From Mycoplasmatota bacterium (GTDB taxonomy: Bacteria; Bacillota_I; Bacilli_A; RF39; UBA660): a DNA stretch of 64,000 nucleotides. The stretch is from assembly GCA_022771205.1 (NCBI GenBank), contig JALFCF010000001.1, positions 130,663-194,662 of the forward strand, in the 5' to 3' direction. A program made the translations under genes and the position numbers. The notes beneath the pieces were generated by a model that saw nothing but the letters and a program-made list of their open reading frames with translations, did not search any database and was not told the DNA's origin. Shown piece by piece: positions 20,096 through 29,796 of this stretch (positions are counted from its first letter, which is position 1; every line of letters begins with the position of its first letter).

Positions 20096-21019
20096 ATGAA
20101 TATAGGTAAACTAAAAGAAGTTGATATTAGAAATTTATGGAAACATGAGCAATATGATTTTTCTGAATGGCTATCGCATGATGAGAATATAGAGGAACTA
20201 AATGATATATTAGGCTTAACTTTAACTGATGTATCTAAAGAAGTGTATGTTGGTTCTTATAGATGCGATTTAGTGGCTGTTGATGAGTCAACTGGAATAA
20301 AAGTAATAATTGAAAATCAACTTGAATCATCTAACCATGATCATTTAGGCAAAATTATTACATATGCCTCAGGGTTAAATGCTCAAGTTGTAGTGTGGAT
20401 TGTAACTCATGCAAAAGAAGAACATAAAAGTGCAATTGAATGGTTAAATAATAATACTAATGGAGATGTTAACTTTTTCTTAATAGAATTACATGCATAT
20501 AAAATAGGTGATTCATTACCAGCTCCTTACTTTGAGGTAGTAGAAAAGCCAAATGATTTTATAAAAAATACTAAAGTAAATAGTGATAAATCAGAACTTA
20601 ACAAATCTCAATCAGAGAGGTTAGAATTCTGGAATCAGTTCAATGATGTTTTAATAGAAAAGGGGAAACCATTTAATGCAAGAAAAGCTACAACAGACCA
20701 CTGGTATGATGTTGCTATAGGAACAAGTGCAGCTCACATAGGTATTACTTTGGTTAATAAAGAATCTTATATTGGAGTAGAATTCTACATAAATGATGAT
20801 AAAGAAATGTTCGATAAATTATTAGAAAAACGAAGCATAATTGAAGAGGAATTAGGATTTAAATTAGATTGGCAAAGATTAGAAAATAGAAGTGCTAGTA
20901 GAATTAAATACTATATTAAAGGTTTAAATTTTGATGATCATTCAAATTATGATGAATTAATAGACAAATCAATTACTGCTGCTACAAAAATGAGAGACGT
21001 ATTTAAAAAGTATATTTAA
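20096..21019 (+). CDS. PD-(D/E)xK nuclease-like N-terminal domain with a DUF4268-like C-terminal region, of the kind often found beside Type I RM loci
   Basis: 'CDLVAVDESTGIKVIIENQLESSNHDHLGKIITY' fits the D...E-x-Q/K + 'GQhhxY' restriction-endonuclease-fold motif. Gene follows hsdR by 8 nt. Confidence 0.45.
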   Translation: MNIGKLKEVDIRNLWKHEQYDFSEWLSHDENIEELNDILGLTLTDVSKEVYVGSYRCDLVAVDESTGIKVIIENQLESSNHDHLGKIITYASGLNAQVVVWIVTHAKEEHKSAIEWLNNNTNGDVNFFLIELHAYKIGDSLPAPYFEVVEKPNDFIKNTKVNSDKSELNKSQSERLEFWNQFNDVLIEKGKPFNARKATTDHWYDVAIGTSAAHIGITLVNKESYIGVEFYINDDKEMFDKLLEKRSIIEEELGFKLDWQRLENRSASRIKYYIKGLNFDDHSNYDELIDKSITAATKMRDVFKKYI

Positions 21020-21086
21020 TTGTTAAAAAGGTTTAGATATGATTCTAAATCTTTTTTTGTGATAGAATAAGTAATTGGTGATTAGT

Positions 21087-21863
21087 ATGGAAGGGAATTT
21101 CCTATTATTTATTAATAAAGTGTATATTGATTTATTAAAAAAAGATAATTGTAATAAGGGTATAATAAGAAGTATTAAGCTAATTAGCAAAATGATTAAA
21201 ACTGGATATATTAAAGATTCTTATGTGTTAATTAGAAGTGTATATGAAGAATTGATGAGTGAACTTGCAATTATTAGCGATTCTAATTTTCAAATCGATG
21301 TAAAGACTGAACCAGGAGAAATACGAAGCAAAGTAATAGATAATATTAATGTGTTATTTAAAGAAGAGACTATCGATGAAAAATATATAAAAGATATTTA
21401 TAGTTATCTATCTAATATATCTCATGAATCTACAACTAGAAAATTATTAAAGGACTTAGCATGTAATAATAAATCAAAGACAGTTATAATCGATAATACT
21501 TATTTTGTATTGATAACTGTTGCTTATATATATTTAAATTATTTATACAAAAATAAAGAAGAATCTGATTTTATAGATAAACTTTATGTAGCTGGTATAA
21601 GTACGTTAATGATGTCATTATATAAATTTTCCATTTCTTTATCACCTGAGAAAGCAAAAAAATATAATGATTATTTTATTACTCAAAGAGATATTAATTT
21701 TATGAATAAAAAAAGAAATGAAATATCAGAGATTAAAGATGATATAATAGCAAATCCAATTGATGAAGATTTAGTTAAAGAATATTTTTCTGATTTTGAA
21801 GAATTGTTAGAAAAATATAATTATAAAAATTTATATAAAAAGTGCATGAATGAGTCACAATAA
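21087..21863 (+). CDS. Hypothetical protein, last gene of the hsd block
   Basis: ATG 21087 follows a 'ggtga' RBS. No recognisable domain. Confidence 0.35.
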   Translation: MEGNFLLFINKVYIDLLKKDNCNKGIIRSIKLISKMIKTGYIKDSYVLIRSVYEELMSELAIISDSNFQIDVKTEPGEIRSKVIDNINVLFKEETIDEKYIKDIYSYLSNISHESTTRKLLKDLACNNKSKTVIIDNTYFVLITVAYIYLNYLYKNKEESDFIDKLYVAGISTLMMSLYKFSISLSPEKAKKYNDYFITQRDINFMNKKRNEISEIKDDIIANPIDEDLVKEYFSDFEELLEKYNYKNLYKKCMNESQ

Positions 21864-22044
21864 TAAATGATCAGATATAGACAAAATTATATCTGATTTT
21901 TATTTTTACATTAACTTTTACATTAACACTTATATAAATTTTAATAAACTATGAAAAATTGATATTGCTCACAAAGCTTTATTTTATGGGCATTTTAAAC
22001 TTTTGTATAAGAGATAACTCGTCTAAAAAATCGACCTCCTGAAT

Positions 22045-22070
22045 GAGCCGTAAGGCTCCGCTTTTTTTGT
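22045..22070 (+). terminator. Rho-independent terminator (gagcc-gtaa-ggctc + T7)
   Basis: Seen in sequence. Confidence 0.55.
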
Positions 22071-22132
22071 TTAAAATATTAAAAAGTTCAAAATAATATA
22101 AAAAAAATAAAATGTTTGTACATTTTATTTTT

Positions 22133-22693
22133 TTAATAATTAAACTGTTTACAATTATATTCATATAGTAATTCATTGACATCAGTTAATTTAAAAATTT
22201 TATTAATAAAGCAGAATCTTATTATTAAATCGTATTTATTATTTTTAGGTAATGAATAAGAAGCACTATCTAAAAGACTATCTAATTCATTTTCTGTTAA
22301 CTCTAATGCCAAAGCTAAAAGTATTATTGTTTCTTTGCTAGGATGATAATTTTCATCACTTCTAATTTTTGAAAATAATCGTCTATCTATATGTACTTTA
22401 TTATAAACATCAGAGTCTTTTAAGTTTCTATCATCAATAAGTTTAAAAAGCATTGTTTGAAAATTAATATCTTCTTCATGCTTATCTAAAAAATCCTTTA
22501 TATTTAAATCTTGTATTTGCTCAGTATCGATGTGCTTCTTTCTATAAGTTGCCCCGACACTATATCCTTTTTCTTTACTAAAACATTCCCTAGAAAAGCA
22601 TTTTGTTTTATTAAAAGAAGAAAATCTTTTTGGCCTTTGATTACTTAAATTGCTATCAAGATAGTCTTTTAATTTCTCTTTTAAATCTTTCAT
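22133..22693 (-). CDS. Hypothetical protein with a C-terminal HTH-like region
   Basis: Start ATG 22693 follows 'ggagg'. The tracked N-terminal extension is unsupported. Confidence 0.35.
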   Translation of the reverse strand: MKDLKEKLKDYLDSNLSNQRPKRFSSFNKTKCFSRECFSKEKGYSVGATYRKKHIDTEQIQDLNIKDFLDKHEEDINFQTMLFKLIDDRNLKDSDVYNKVHIDRRLFSKIRSDENYHPSKETIILLALALELTENELDSLLDSASYSLPKNNKYDLIIRFCFINKIFKLTDVNELLYEYNCKQFNY

Positions 22694-22830
22694 ATTTACC
22701 TCCAATATGTATTTATAAATGTAAGTAATTATAAAATATTGTATCATATCACATTTAAAATGTCGCCTGTTAAGTGACCTATATAATAAATAAAAGAAGT
22801 ATGATTTAGGCAGAAAAGGAGATGTTAGAA

Positions 22831-23424
22831 ATGAAAAAAACAAAAAAAGAAATGGACGTAGTTTTTATACTTGATAGAAGTGGTTCTATGCAAGGTACTG
22901 AAAAAGATACAATAGGAGGTTATAATAGTTATATTGACAGTTTCAAAAGTAAAGATGCCAAAATAACAACAGTATTATTTGATCATGAATATGAAATGAT
23001 AACTAAAAGACAAAATGTCAATGAAGTGCCTAAGTTAACAGAAAAACAGTATTTTGTTAGAGGTTGCACTGCTTTATTAGATGCAGTAGGAAAATCAATA
23101 AAATACATGGAAAAAGAAGAAGCTGAAAAAGTAATCTTCATTATTACTACTGATGGATATGAGAATGCTTCACAACAGTTTAATAAAAATCAAATAAAAG
23201 AGATGATTCAAGGACATAAGGAATGGGAATTTATATATGTAGGAGCAAATATTGATTCATATAGTGAAGGACAGAGTATCGGAATTAATAAATCAAATAT
23301 TGCTAATTATAGAAAAAGTAGAAATGGAATATCCAATTTATTTAAATCAGTATTAACAGCCAGTGAAAAATTTTGTGAAGAAGATAGAATAGATACTAGT
23401 TGGAAAAAAGATTTAGAAGATTAA
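22831..23424 (+). CDS. von Willebrand factor type A (vWA) domain protein
   Basis: MIDAS-like 'DRSGSM' plus 'ITTDGYEN'. RBS 'aaggag'. Divergent from the preceding gene. Confidence 0.6.
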   Translation: MKKTKKEMDVVFILDRSGSMQGTEKDTIGGYNSYIDSFKSKDAKITTVLFDHEYEMITKRQNVNEVPKLTEKQYFVRGCTALLDAVGKSIKYMEKEEAEKVIFIITTDGYENASQQFNKNQIKEMIQGHKEWEFIYVGANIDSYSEGQSIGINKSNIANYRKSRNGISNLFKSVLTASEKFCEEDRIDTSWKKDLED

Positions 23425-23438
23425 ATAATAAAAAATAG

Positions 23439-23468
23439 TTGACATATCAAAAGTTGTGTCCTATAATC
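23439..23468 (+). promoter_or_regulatory. Sigma-A-type promoter: ttgaca, 18-nt spacer, tataat
   Basis: Consensus hexamers seen in sequence. Confidence 0.5.
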
Positions 23469-23473
23469 TACAA

Positions 23474-23572
23474 CAAGTGAGGAGATATAAACGATTTGTG
23501 AGCTATCTCGGGGTAAAACCTACACGAACATAAAGTACGGAGTCGCAAGTAATACGACTTCGTACTTTTTTC
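23474..23572 (+). promoter_or_regulatory. Copy 1 of a conserved 5'-UTR RNA element of unknown class, ending in an intrinsic terminator (gtacggagtcg / cgacttcgtac + T6, 23535-23572)
   Basis: Shares four exact blocks with copy 2 at 31965-32043: gaggagatataa, gtgagctatct, aaaacctacacgaaca, aagtacggagtcgc. Confidence 0.45.
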
Positions 23573-23608
23573 GTATAAAGTCAAAGTCGGAGAAAGGAGG
23601 TATAAAGA

Positions 23609-23797
23609 GTGAGTAAAAAAATTGATGTGGGACAATATTTCAAAAAAAGATATGAAACGGAATGTCATTCTATAAAAGAAAAAGAAAATCAGGGGATTTA
23701 TATAGATAATATGGCACTAGATTTACTAGAAGAAAGAGGATTTGATAGAAAACAAAAAACAATTTATTATAATAAATATATAAGGAGATATATATGA
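23609..23797 (+). CDS. Small basic protein (62 aa), translationally coupled to the downstream Ham1-NUDIX gene
   Basis: Strong RBS 'aaggagg' + GTG. ATGA overlap with the next gene. Confidence 0.4.
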   Translation: MSKKIDVGQYFKKRYETECHSIKEKENQGIYIDNMALDLLEERGFDRKQKTIYYNKYIRRYI

Positions 23798-24798
23798 AAG
23801 AAATAACTTATGTAACAGGCAATTGGGCTAAAATTGATAGTGCTAAACAAATATTAGAACCACTTGGATACCAAGTGAATAATATAAAAATGGATACAAT
23901 CGAAATACAAGCAGATACAACAGAAGAAGTTGCTAAATATTCTGCTAAATGGGCTAGTGAAAAATTAAAATGTGCGGTATTAAAAAATGACTCTGGTTTA
24001 TTTGTAGAAGCATTAAATGGTTTTCCAGGAGTATATACACATTATGTAGATGATACTTTAGGAGAAGATGGATTATTGAAACTTTTAGATGGAGTAGAAA
24101 ATAGAAAGGCTTACTTTAAAGAAGTCTTAGCTTACTGTGAGTATGGACAAGAACCTATTACATTTACAGCAATCACAAAAGGTACTATTGCGAAAGAAAA
24201 GAGTGGAACTTATGGCTGGAGTTGGGATTTTGTTTTTATACCCGAAGGACAAACGAAAACTTTAGGTTGTTATCCAGATAAAGAAAGATGGAAATTTTGG
24301 AGTCTAGAAGCATACCAACATTTAGCAGCATACCTAGATGAAAAAGAAAAAACACCAGAAGAAAAAAATGAAATCAGTGTGTTTGTTCTAAATGATCAGA
24401 AACAAATACTATTACAAAAAAGAAGTGCTAATAAAAAATATTATCCTAATAGATGGGCATTATTAACTGGCCATGTAGAAGAAAAAGAAACAATAGAAGA
24501 AGCAGCTTTAAGAGAACTACAAGAAGAAATCGGCTTAAAAATAAATAAAGATGAATTATATCCATTGGCTAACGGAAATTTTACAATTAAAAGAGAAAAT
24601 CATCATAATACTCATTATTTTTATATTATAAATAATAAACTATCATCAGATTTTATTATTCAAAAAGAAGAATTATCAGAAGTAAAATGGTATGATATTG
24701 ATGAAGTAATAAAATTAATAAAAAACAATTCTGAAGAAATAGTTTATAAAGAAGATAAAATCTATTTATTTGAGTATTTAAAAAATATGTCAATTTAA
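23794..24798 (+). CDS. Fusion of Ham1/RdgB-like non-canonical purine NTP pyrophosphatase and a NUDIX hydrolase
   Basis: N-terminus 'ITYVTGNWAKIDSAKQIL' is Ham1-like. C-terminal Nudix box 'GHVEEKETIEEAALRELQEEIGL'. Confidence 0.6.
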   Translation: MKEITYVTGNWAKIDSAKQILEPLGYQVNNIKMDTIEIQADTTEEVAKYSAKWASEKLKCAVLKNDSGLFVEALNGFPGVYTHYVDDTLGEDGLLKLLDGVENRKAYFKEVLAYCEYGQEPITFTAITKGTIAKEKSGTYGWSWDFVFIPEGQTKTLGCYPDKERWKFWSLEAYQHLAAYLDEKEKTPEEKNEISVFVLNDQKQILLQKRSANKKYYPNRWALLTGHVEEKETIEEAALRELQEEIGLKINKDELYPLANGNFTIKRENHHNTHYFYIINNKLSSDFIIQKEELSEVKWYDIDEVIKLIKNNSEEIVYKEDKIYLFEYLKNMSI

Positions 24799-24892
24799 TT
24801 AAAAGAGCTAGTTTAAAGAAATGCTCTTTTTTATTTATATACTAGAACAACATTAAATTAAATGGTAAAATGAAAAATATAGAGGTGAGTGT

Positions 24893-25516
24893 ATGAAAAA
24901 GATATTAATATATGGAGATTCAAATACCTGGGGTGATAATTTTATAACAGGAGAAAGAATCCCTGAAGAAAAGCAATGGGTAAATATATTAAGAACAAAA
25001 TACGGAAATAAATATCAGTTCTTTCAAGAAGGATTACCTGGTCGTATTGCTGGAAATGAAGAAACTATTAAAACCTATAAAAATGGTAAAGATACCTTTA
25101 TTTCCACTTTTAGAACTAATGCACCTGTTGATAAAATAATTATTGCATTAGGTACGAATGACTTGCAAATAAAATATCAAAAGACGAAAGATAAAATAAT
25201 AGAAGATCTTCTTTGGTATAAAAAGCAAATAGAAGAAAGCTATGCAGATTTAGAAGATCAGAAAAAATATTTTAATGATAAAAAATTACCAGAAATAATT
25301 TATATTTTACCAATTAATTTTGATTATCAAGATAAAGCAAGCGTAATATTTGACAAAGAATCAGAAGAAAAACGTCAACAAATAATTAGAGAATTTCAAA
25401 AAGATAAGAAATTAAAAACAATAGTAGCTAATGATTTAGAATTATTTGATGATGGAATTCACTTAAATTATCAGGGGCATGAACAAATGGCTTCCTTAGT
25501 AGAAAGGTTTTTATAA
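24893..25516 (+). CDS. SGNH/GDSL-family hydrolase
   Basis: 'IYGDSNTWG' block I. Preceded by a terminator at 24801-24835. Confidence 0.65.
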   Translation: MKKILIYGDSNTWGDNFITGERIPEEKQWVNILRTKYGNKYQFFQEGLPGRIAGNEETIKTYKNGKDTFISTFRTNAPVDKIIIALGTNDLQIKYQKTKDKIIEDLLWYKKQIEESYADLEDQKKYFNDKKLPEIIYILPINFDYQDKASVIFDKESEEKRQQIIREFQKDKKLKTIVANDLELFDDGIHLNYQGHEQMASLVERFL

Positions 25517-25518
25517 AC

Positions 25519-26331
25519 ATGAGAAGCAAACTAGAAGTATTAAAAAAATTAAGAGAACAAATAAATTTAGAAGTAAAAGGATTAGAAAATTATGATACAA
25601 CAGCACCTAATCTAATTATTGCAAATCATAATTGCTTAATGGATATATTTTGCTTACCAATGGCATTACCAGAAGAAGTAATTAGCTTAATAAGTGCTAG
25701 ACTAATTTATAAAAAAGAAATACCAAGGCAACAAATGGTAGAAACGTATTTACAAGCGATGCCAATTGAAGCACACGGCGGAGCCTTTTATAGTGATGCT
25801 TGTCTTGACAGTGCTAGCAAATTGTTGCAAGAAGGACATAGCGTTAGTATCTTTCCTGAAGGAGCATATGTAGAAGAAAATGTGGTTTATAAAGGAAGAA
25901 CTGGAGCATCTCGTATTTTATATACAGCAAGAGCCAAAGGAATAAAAGCTAATTTAATTCCAGTAGCAATAGATGTAAAGAAAACTAAATCAACATTAGA
26001 TAGTTATGAACCGCCAGTTAGTAAAGTAACTGTTAGTATATTAGACTCAATTAACTATGAAGATTCATATGAAAATTATATACACTCTCATAATAGAGAA
26101 TTAAAAAACATTTATCTTCATCAACCAATAGATGAAGGAATGAGAAAAATAGCAGATGAACTAGGTAGAGAATACAAAGACGAATATATTATTTTACGAC
26201 CAAAAGGAAATGTAATATTTGCTAATGGAGAAACTATAGAAACAGAAAATGCTCACACAAATGAAGCACATCTTAGATACAATAATGAGTTAGAAGAAAG
26301 AGTAAAAGAATTTAAAAAAGTAAAAAAATAA
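25519..26331 (+). CDS. Lysophospholipid (PlsC-like) acyltransferase family protein
   Basis: HX4D motif 'ANHNCLMD'. Confidence 0.55.
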   Translation: MRSKLEVLKKLREQINLEVKGLENYDTTAPNLIIANHNCLMDIFCLPMALPEEVISLISARLIYKKEIPRQQMVETYLQAMPIEAHGGAFYSDACLDSASKLLQEGHSVSIFPEGAYVEENVVYKGRTGASRILYTARAKGIKANLIPVAIDVKKTKSTLDSYEPPVSKVTVSILDSINYEDSYENYIHSHNRELKNIYLHQPIDEGMRKIADELGREYKDEYIILRPKGNVIFANGETIETENAHTNEAHLRYNNELEERVKEFKKVKK

Positions 26332-26347
26332 AAAGGAGTCATCATTT

Positions 26348-26781
26348 ATGGATATCTTGTCAATTGCAATTATCGTATTTTGTATCATGGAATTAGGTAA
26401 TGTTCTTATTTTATATTTTAATCCAGATTCTAAATTAGGTAATGGAGTAGCTATATTTGATGCATGGAGAGATGCAAAAAAGATGAAAACTTAGACTTAT
26501 TTGTACATTATATGGGTTATTGGGTAGCCAGTGTAAAATTAATATTTATTTTCTTATTACTAGTAATATTAATAACTGGAACACAGACTACTAAGATTTT
26601 TGCTGTAGTAGCTATGATCTTATCGATTGCTACTTATTTTTGGAAACTTCATCCTATTATTAAACAACTAGATCATAAAAATAAGATTAGTCCAAAAGGT
26701 TATTCTAAAACCCTAGGTTTAATGATTACAGGCTTTTTAATAATGTTTTCTTTAGCATTAATTATTTATTTAGTATTTTAA
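26348..26781 (+). pseudogene. Small multi-TM membrane protein split by a frameshift in an A6 tract (26476-26481)
   Basis: ATG 26348 after 'aaaggag' reads ...AIFDAWRDAKKMKT*. Adding one A joins it to the tracked ORF 26464..26781 (...DENLDLFVHYMGYW...). Confidence 0.35.
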
Positions 26782-27055
26782 TAAAGGAGGTAATAAAAAT
26801 GCATGAAATGAATTTGCAAGAAGCACCATTCAGAATGATAAAACAGCTGAAATATTAGTAACTAAAGTTATAGCTTTACATATATATAAAGATTTTAAAG
26901 AATTATATAAACACTTTAATAAAATAGAAATAGGTTATGAAGAAAATGAAATTCCAAATCCTAATGATATGGAACAATATTATGCTAAAGAAAAAATTGA
27001 AAAATATGGTGTAGTCGGAATCGAATTAAAATTAGAAAGTGTTAGGAAATAAATT

Positions 27056-27598
27056 ATGATAAGAAAAATACAAGAATATTTCATATATTTTATATTATAT
27101 TCTATCATTGGCTGGTGCTATGAAGTCTTTTTAGAAGTTTTTATTTATCGATGGGGATTTTCCAACAGAGGAGTAATGTTTGGTCCTTACTGTATTGTTT
27201 ATGGTTTTGGAGCACTACTTTTAATATTTTTACTTAGTAAATTAAAAAAGAAAAAAATGAAAATAAAAGATATAAATATAACACCTATCATAATGTTTAT
27301 AAGTATTGTAATAATCACTACAATAGTAGAATTAATAGCCAGTTATATAATGGAGTTTACTAGCGGCAGTTGGTTATGGGATTACACTAGATTTAGTTTT
27401 AATTTTGAAGGAAGAATTGCACTAAATCCAAGCATAAGATTTGGTATAGGTGGAATGATTTTCTTATATCTACTTCAACCACTATTTGAAAAAATGACTA
27501 ATAAACTAACTAATAAAAAATTAAATGTACTATCTATTTCTATAGCAATAATATTTATATTAGATATAATATACACATTTGTATTAAAAAAAATATAA
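27056..27598 (+). CDS. Integral membrane protein
   Basis: Multiple TM helices. Function not supported. Confidence 0.4.
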   Translation: MIRKIQEYFIYFILYSIIGWCYEVFLEVFIYRWGFSNRGVMFGPYCIVYGFGALLLIFLLSKLKKKKMKIKDINITPIIMFISIVIITTIVELIASYIMEFTSGSWLWDYTRFSFNFEGRIALNPSIRFGIGGMIFLYLLQPLFEKMTNKLTNKKLNVLSISIAIIFILDIIYTFVLKKI

Positions 27599-27616
27599 TG
27601 AAAAGAGTGATTAATT

Positions 27617-28372
27617 ATGGCTTTTAAATTTTTAAAAAAGAGAAAAGAAGAAAAACAAGAATTAGCAAAAATACAAGAAATAATTAAAGAGATAGAAGCT
27701 GCGAAAGAAAAAGCAAAAGTGGCAACCAATTTTCAATTAATAAATAGCGATTATGGTGAAACTTTTTTATCAAAGTGTGCTAAAAGATCGATTGAAGAGA
27801 AAAACAGCTTTCATATAGATTCAGCTTATCAAATATTAACTAGTTGGGATAATTATGGAGATATGTCAGAAGAACTTGGAAATTGGCTAGAAAAATTGAT
27901 AAATAAAGAAGATATTCAAGTAGGAATTCATAGAACTGGGGGTTATGGGATGATAGATCCTAATGACATTTATGATTCTTCACTTTTATATGATATCTTT
28001 GATAAAGGATTATATATAACTGGTGATATTGGTAGTGGTGTAGATCATAAAGGACAAATAATTCCACCAAACAAAAATATTAGTCCTTTGAATAATATAT
28101 TAGATGGTGTAATGTATGCAAAAAATTCATATAAACATTCTACCGGAGGAGTAATAACAGCTATACCATCAGAATATGTAACTGCTAGTTATGATTTAAA
28201 AAAAGGTGCTGAACAAGAAATATATACCAAAGTTGATAATCAGTGGACATTAAAACCAGAATACTTAGTTGGTTTTATTGCTCAAGATGAAGGAGTTTGT
28301 ACATTTTATTCAAAAGAAGATATTTTAACTAATTACAAAGGAAATAATAATAGTAATCAAGCTAAAAAATAG
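27617..28372 (+). CDS. Hypothetical protein
   Basis: ORF with RBS. No motif recognised. Confidence 0.35.
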   Translation: MAFKFLKKRKEEKQELAKIQEIIKEIEAAKEKAKVATNFQLINSDYGETFLSKCAKRSIEEKNSFHIDSAYQILTSWDNYGDMSEELGNWLEKLINKEDIQVGIHRTGGYGMIDPNDIYDSSLLYDIFDKGLYITGDIGSGVDHKGQIIPPNKNISPLNNILDGVMYAKNSYKHSTGGVITAIPSEYVTASYDLKKGAEQEIYTKVDNQWTLKPEYLVGFIAQDEGVCTFYSKEDILTNYKGNNNSNQAKK

Positions 28373-28395
28373 TAGAAGTAAGAAGGTGTGTATAT

Positions 28396-29001
28396 ATGAA
28401 AATTTTATTCGCAACAACAAATCCGGCTAAGGTAAAAACTTATGCATCAAGACTAATAGAAAAAGGTTATGAAATAGTTACTTTAAAAGATTTAAAAATA
28501 GATATAGATGTAGAAGAAAATGGAACAACACCATTAGAAAATGCTATTATTAAAGCTAAAGAATATCATAAAATAAGTAATCTTCCAACGATTGCGATGG
28601 ATGAAGGCCTATATTTAGATGGTGTTCCAGAAAATCTTCAACCAGGAACTCATGTAAGAAGAGTAAATGGTAAAAAGTTAACTGATGAAGAAATGATTAC
28701 TCATTATATCAATCTAGTAAATCAATATGGTATTAATGGTAAGTTAACTGGTTATTTTCAAAAAGGAGTAGCTATTTTAAATGATAATCAAATAGATACA
28801 ATCGAAATAAAAGCTCCAAGATGTTTTTCTAATACAAGATGTGAAACAATTACAATAGGCTATCCGTTGGCTTCTATCCAATGGATGGAGGAGTTGAACA
28901 AATACAAAGCAGAATTAACAAAAGAAGAAGAAAATAAATTAATGTCTAAAGAACAAAAAGAAATACTAGATTTTATAGAATCCAAAATAGCCAGAAATTG
29001 A
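28396..29001 (+). CDS. Ham1/RdgB-family non-canonical NTP pyrophosphatase-like protein
   Basis: 'ILFATTNPAKVKT' N-terminal signature. Confidence 0.55.
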   Translation: MKILFATTNPAKVKTYASRLIEKGYEIVTLKDLKIDIDVEENGTTPLENAIIKAKEYHKISNLPTIAMDEGLYLDGVPENLQPGTHVRRVNGKKLTDEEMITHYINLVNQYGINGKLTGYFQKGVAILNDNQIDTIEIKAPRCFSNTRCETITIGYPLASIQWMEELNKYKAELTKEEENKLMSKEQKEILDFIESKIARN

Positions 29002-29045
29002 CGCAAAAATGAAAATATGATATAATATACACCCAAAAGAGGGGG

Positions 29046-29780
29046 ATGTATATGGAAGTGTGGTTACAAGAGTCATTAGACAAAGAAGCCGACGAAATGT
29101 TTACTAATTTAGAATATACAAGAAGAAGTTTAGTATATTTAAAATTACTTGCGAAACAATATAATTTACCATTCGAAGAAACAAAAAGTATTGTAGATCG
29201 TCTTTTTGTAAATTATTTAAATTTATATGAAGCAAATCCTAAGGAAGTTTCAAGAATTTTAAATGAAACTAACTTTCAAGAAAGAAGTGCTCTTCATGAA
29301 ATGTTATATACTTTTTTAGAAAATGAAGATAGTAATTATTTAGGTAGAGCACCTTTCGTAAATGGAATAAAACAAGAAAATGGAGTATATAATATAGAAA
29401 CTAAGTTTGGAACAATTAATTTAAAAAAAGCTAGTGACCACTTTATGATGACACCTTCAAGATTTATTTTTAAGAAAACACTTACAGGAATGTGTTTTGA
29501 TAGAACAACAGAATTCGTAACGACAAATCCAGAATATGAAGCTATTGTTAGTTATCTTCCGAATGTATTTGCTGGAGGATATTATCATGCTTATGCTAAA
29601 AAAGACGATATCATAGTTGACCCAGCTTGTAATGGTATATTTTTTAATGGAACTGGTGAAATAATTGAAGAAGGAAAGATTATCTATCAAACAACCGCAG
29701 AAGAATTAAAGAATGAAAGTGACGATTATGATTATCCAAAGCTTTTAGTAGCAGCGATAAAAAACTCAAGAAAAAAATAG
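29046..29780 (+). CDS. Hypothetical protein
   Basis: ORF with RBS 'agaggggga'. Start may be 29052. Confidence 0.35.
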   Translation: MYMEVWLQESLDKEADEMFTNLEYTRRSLVYLKLLAKQYNLPFEETKSIVDRLFVNYLNLYEANPKEVSRILNETNFQERSALHEMLYTFLENEDSNYLGRAPFVNGIKQENGVYNIETKFGTINLKKASDHFMMTPSRFIFKKTLTGMCFDRTTEFVTTNPEYEAIVSYLPNVFAGGYYHAYAKKDDIIVDPACNGIFFNGTGEIIEEGKIIYQTTAEELKNESDDYDYPKLLVAAIKNSRKK

Positions 29781-29796
29781 AAAAGAAAGTGATGCT

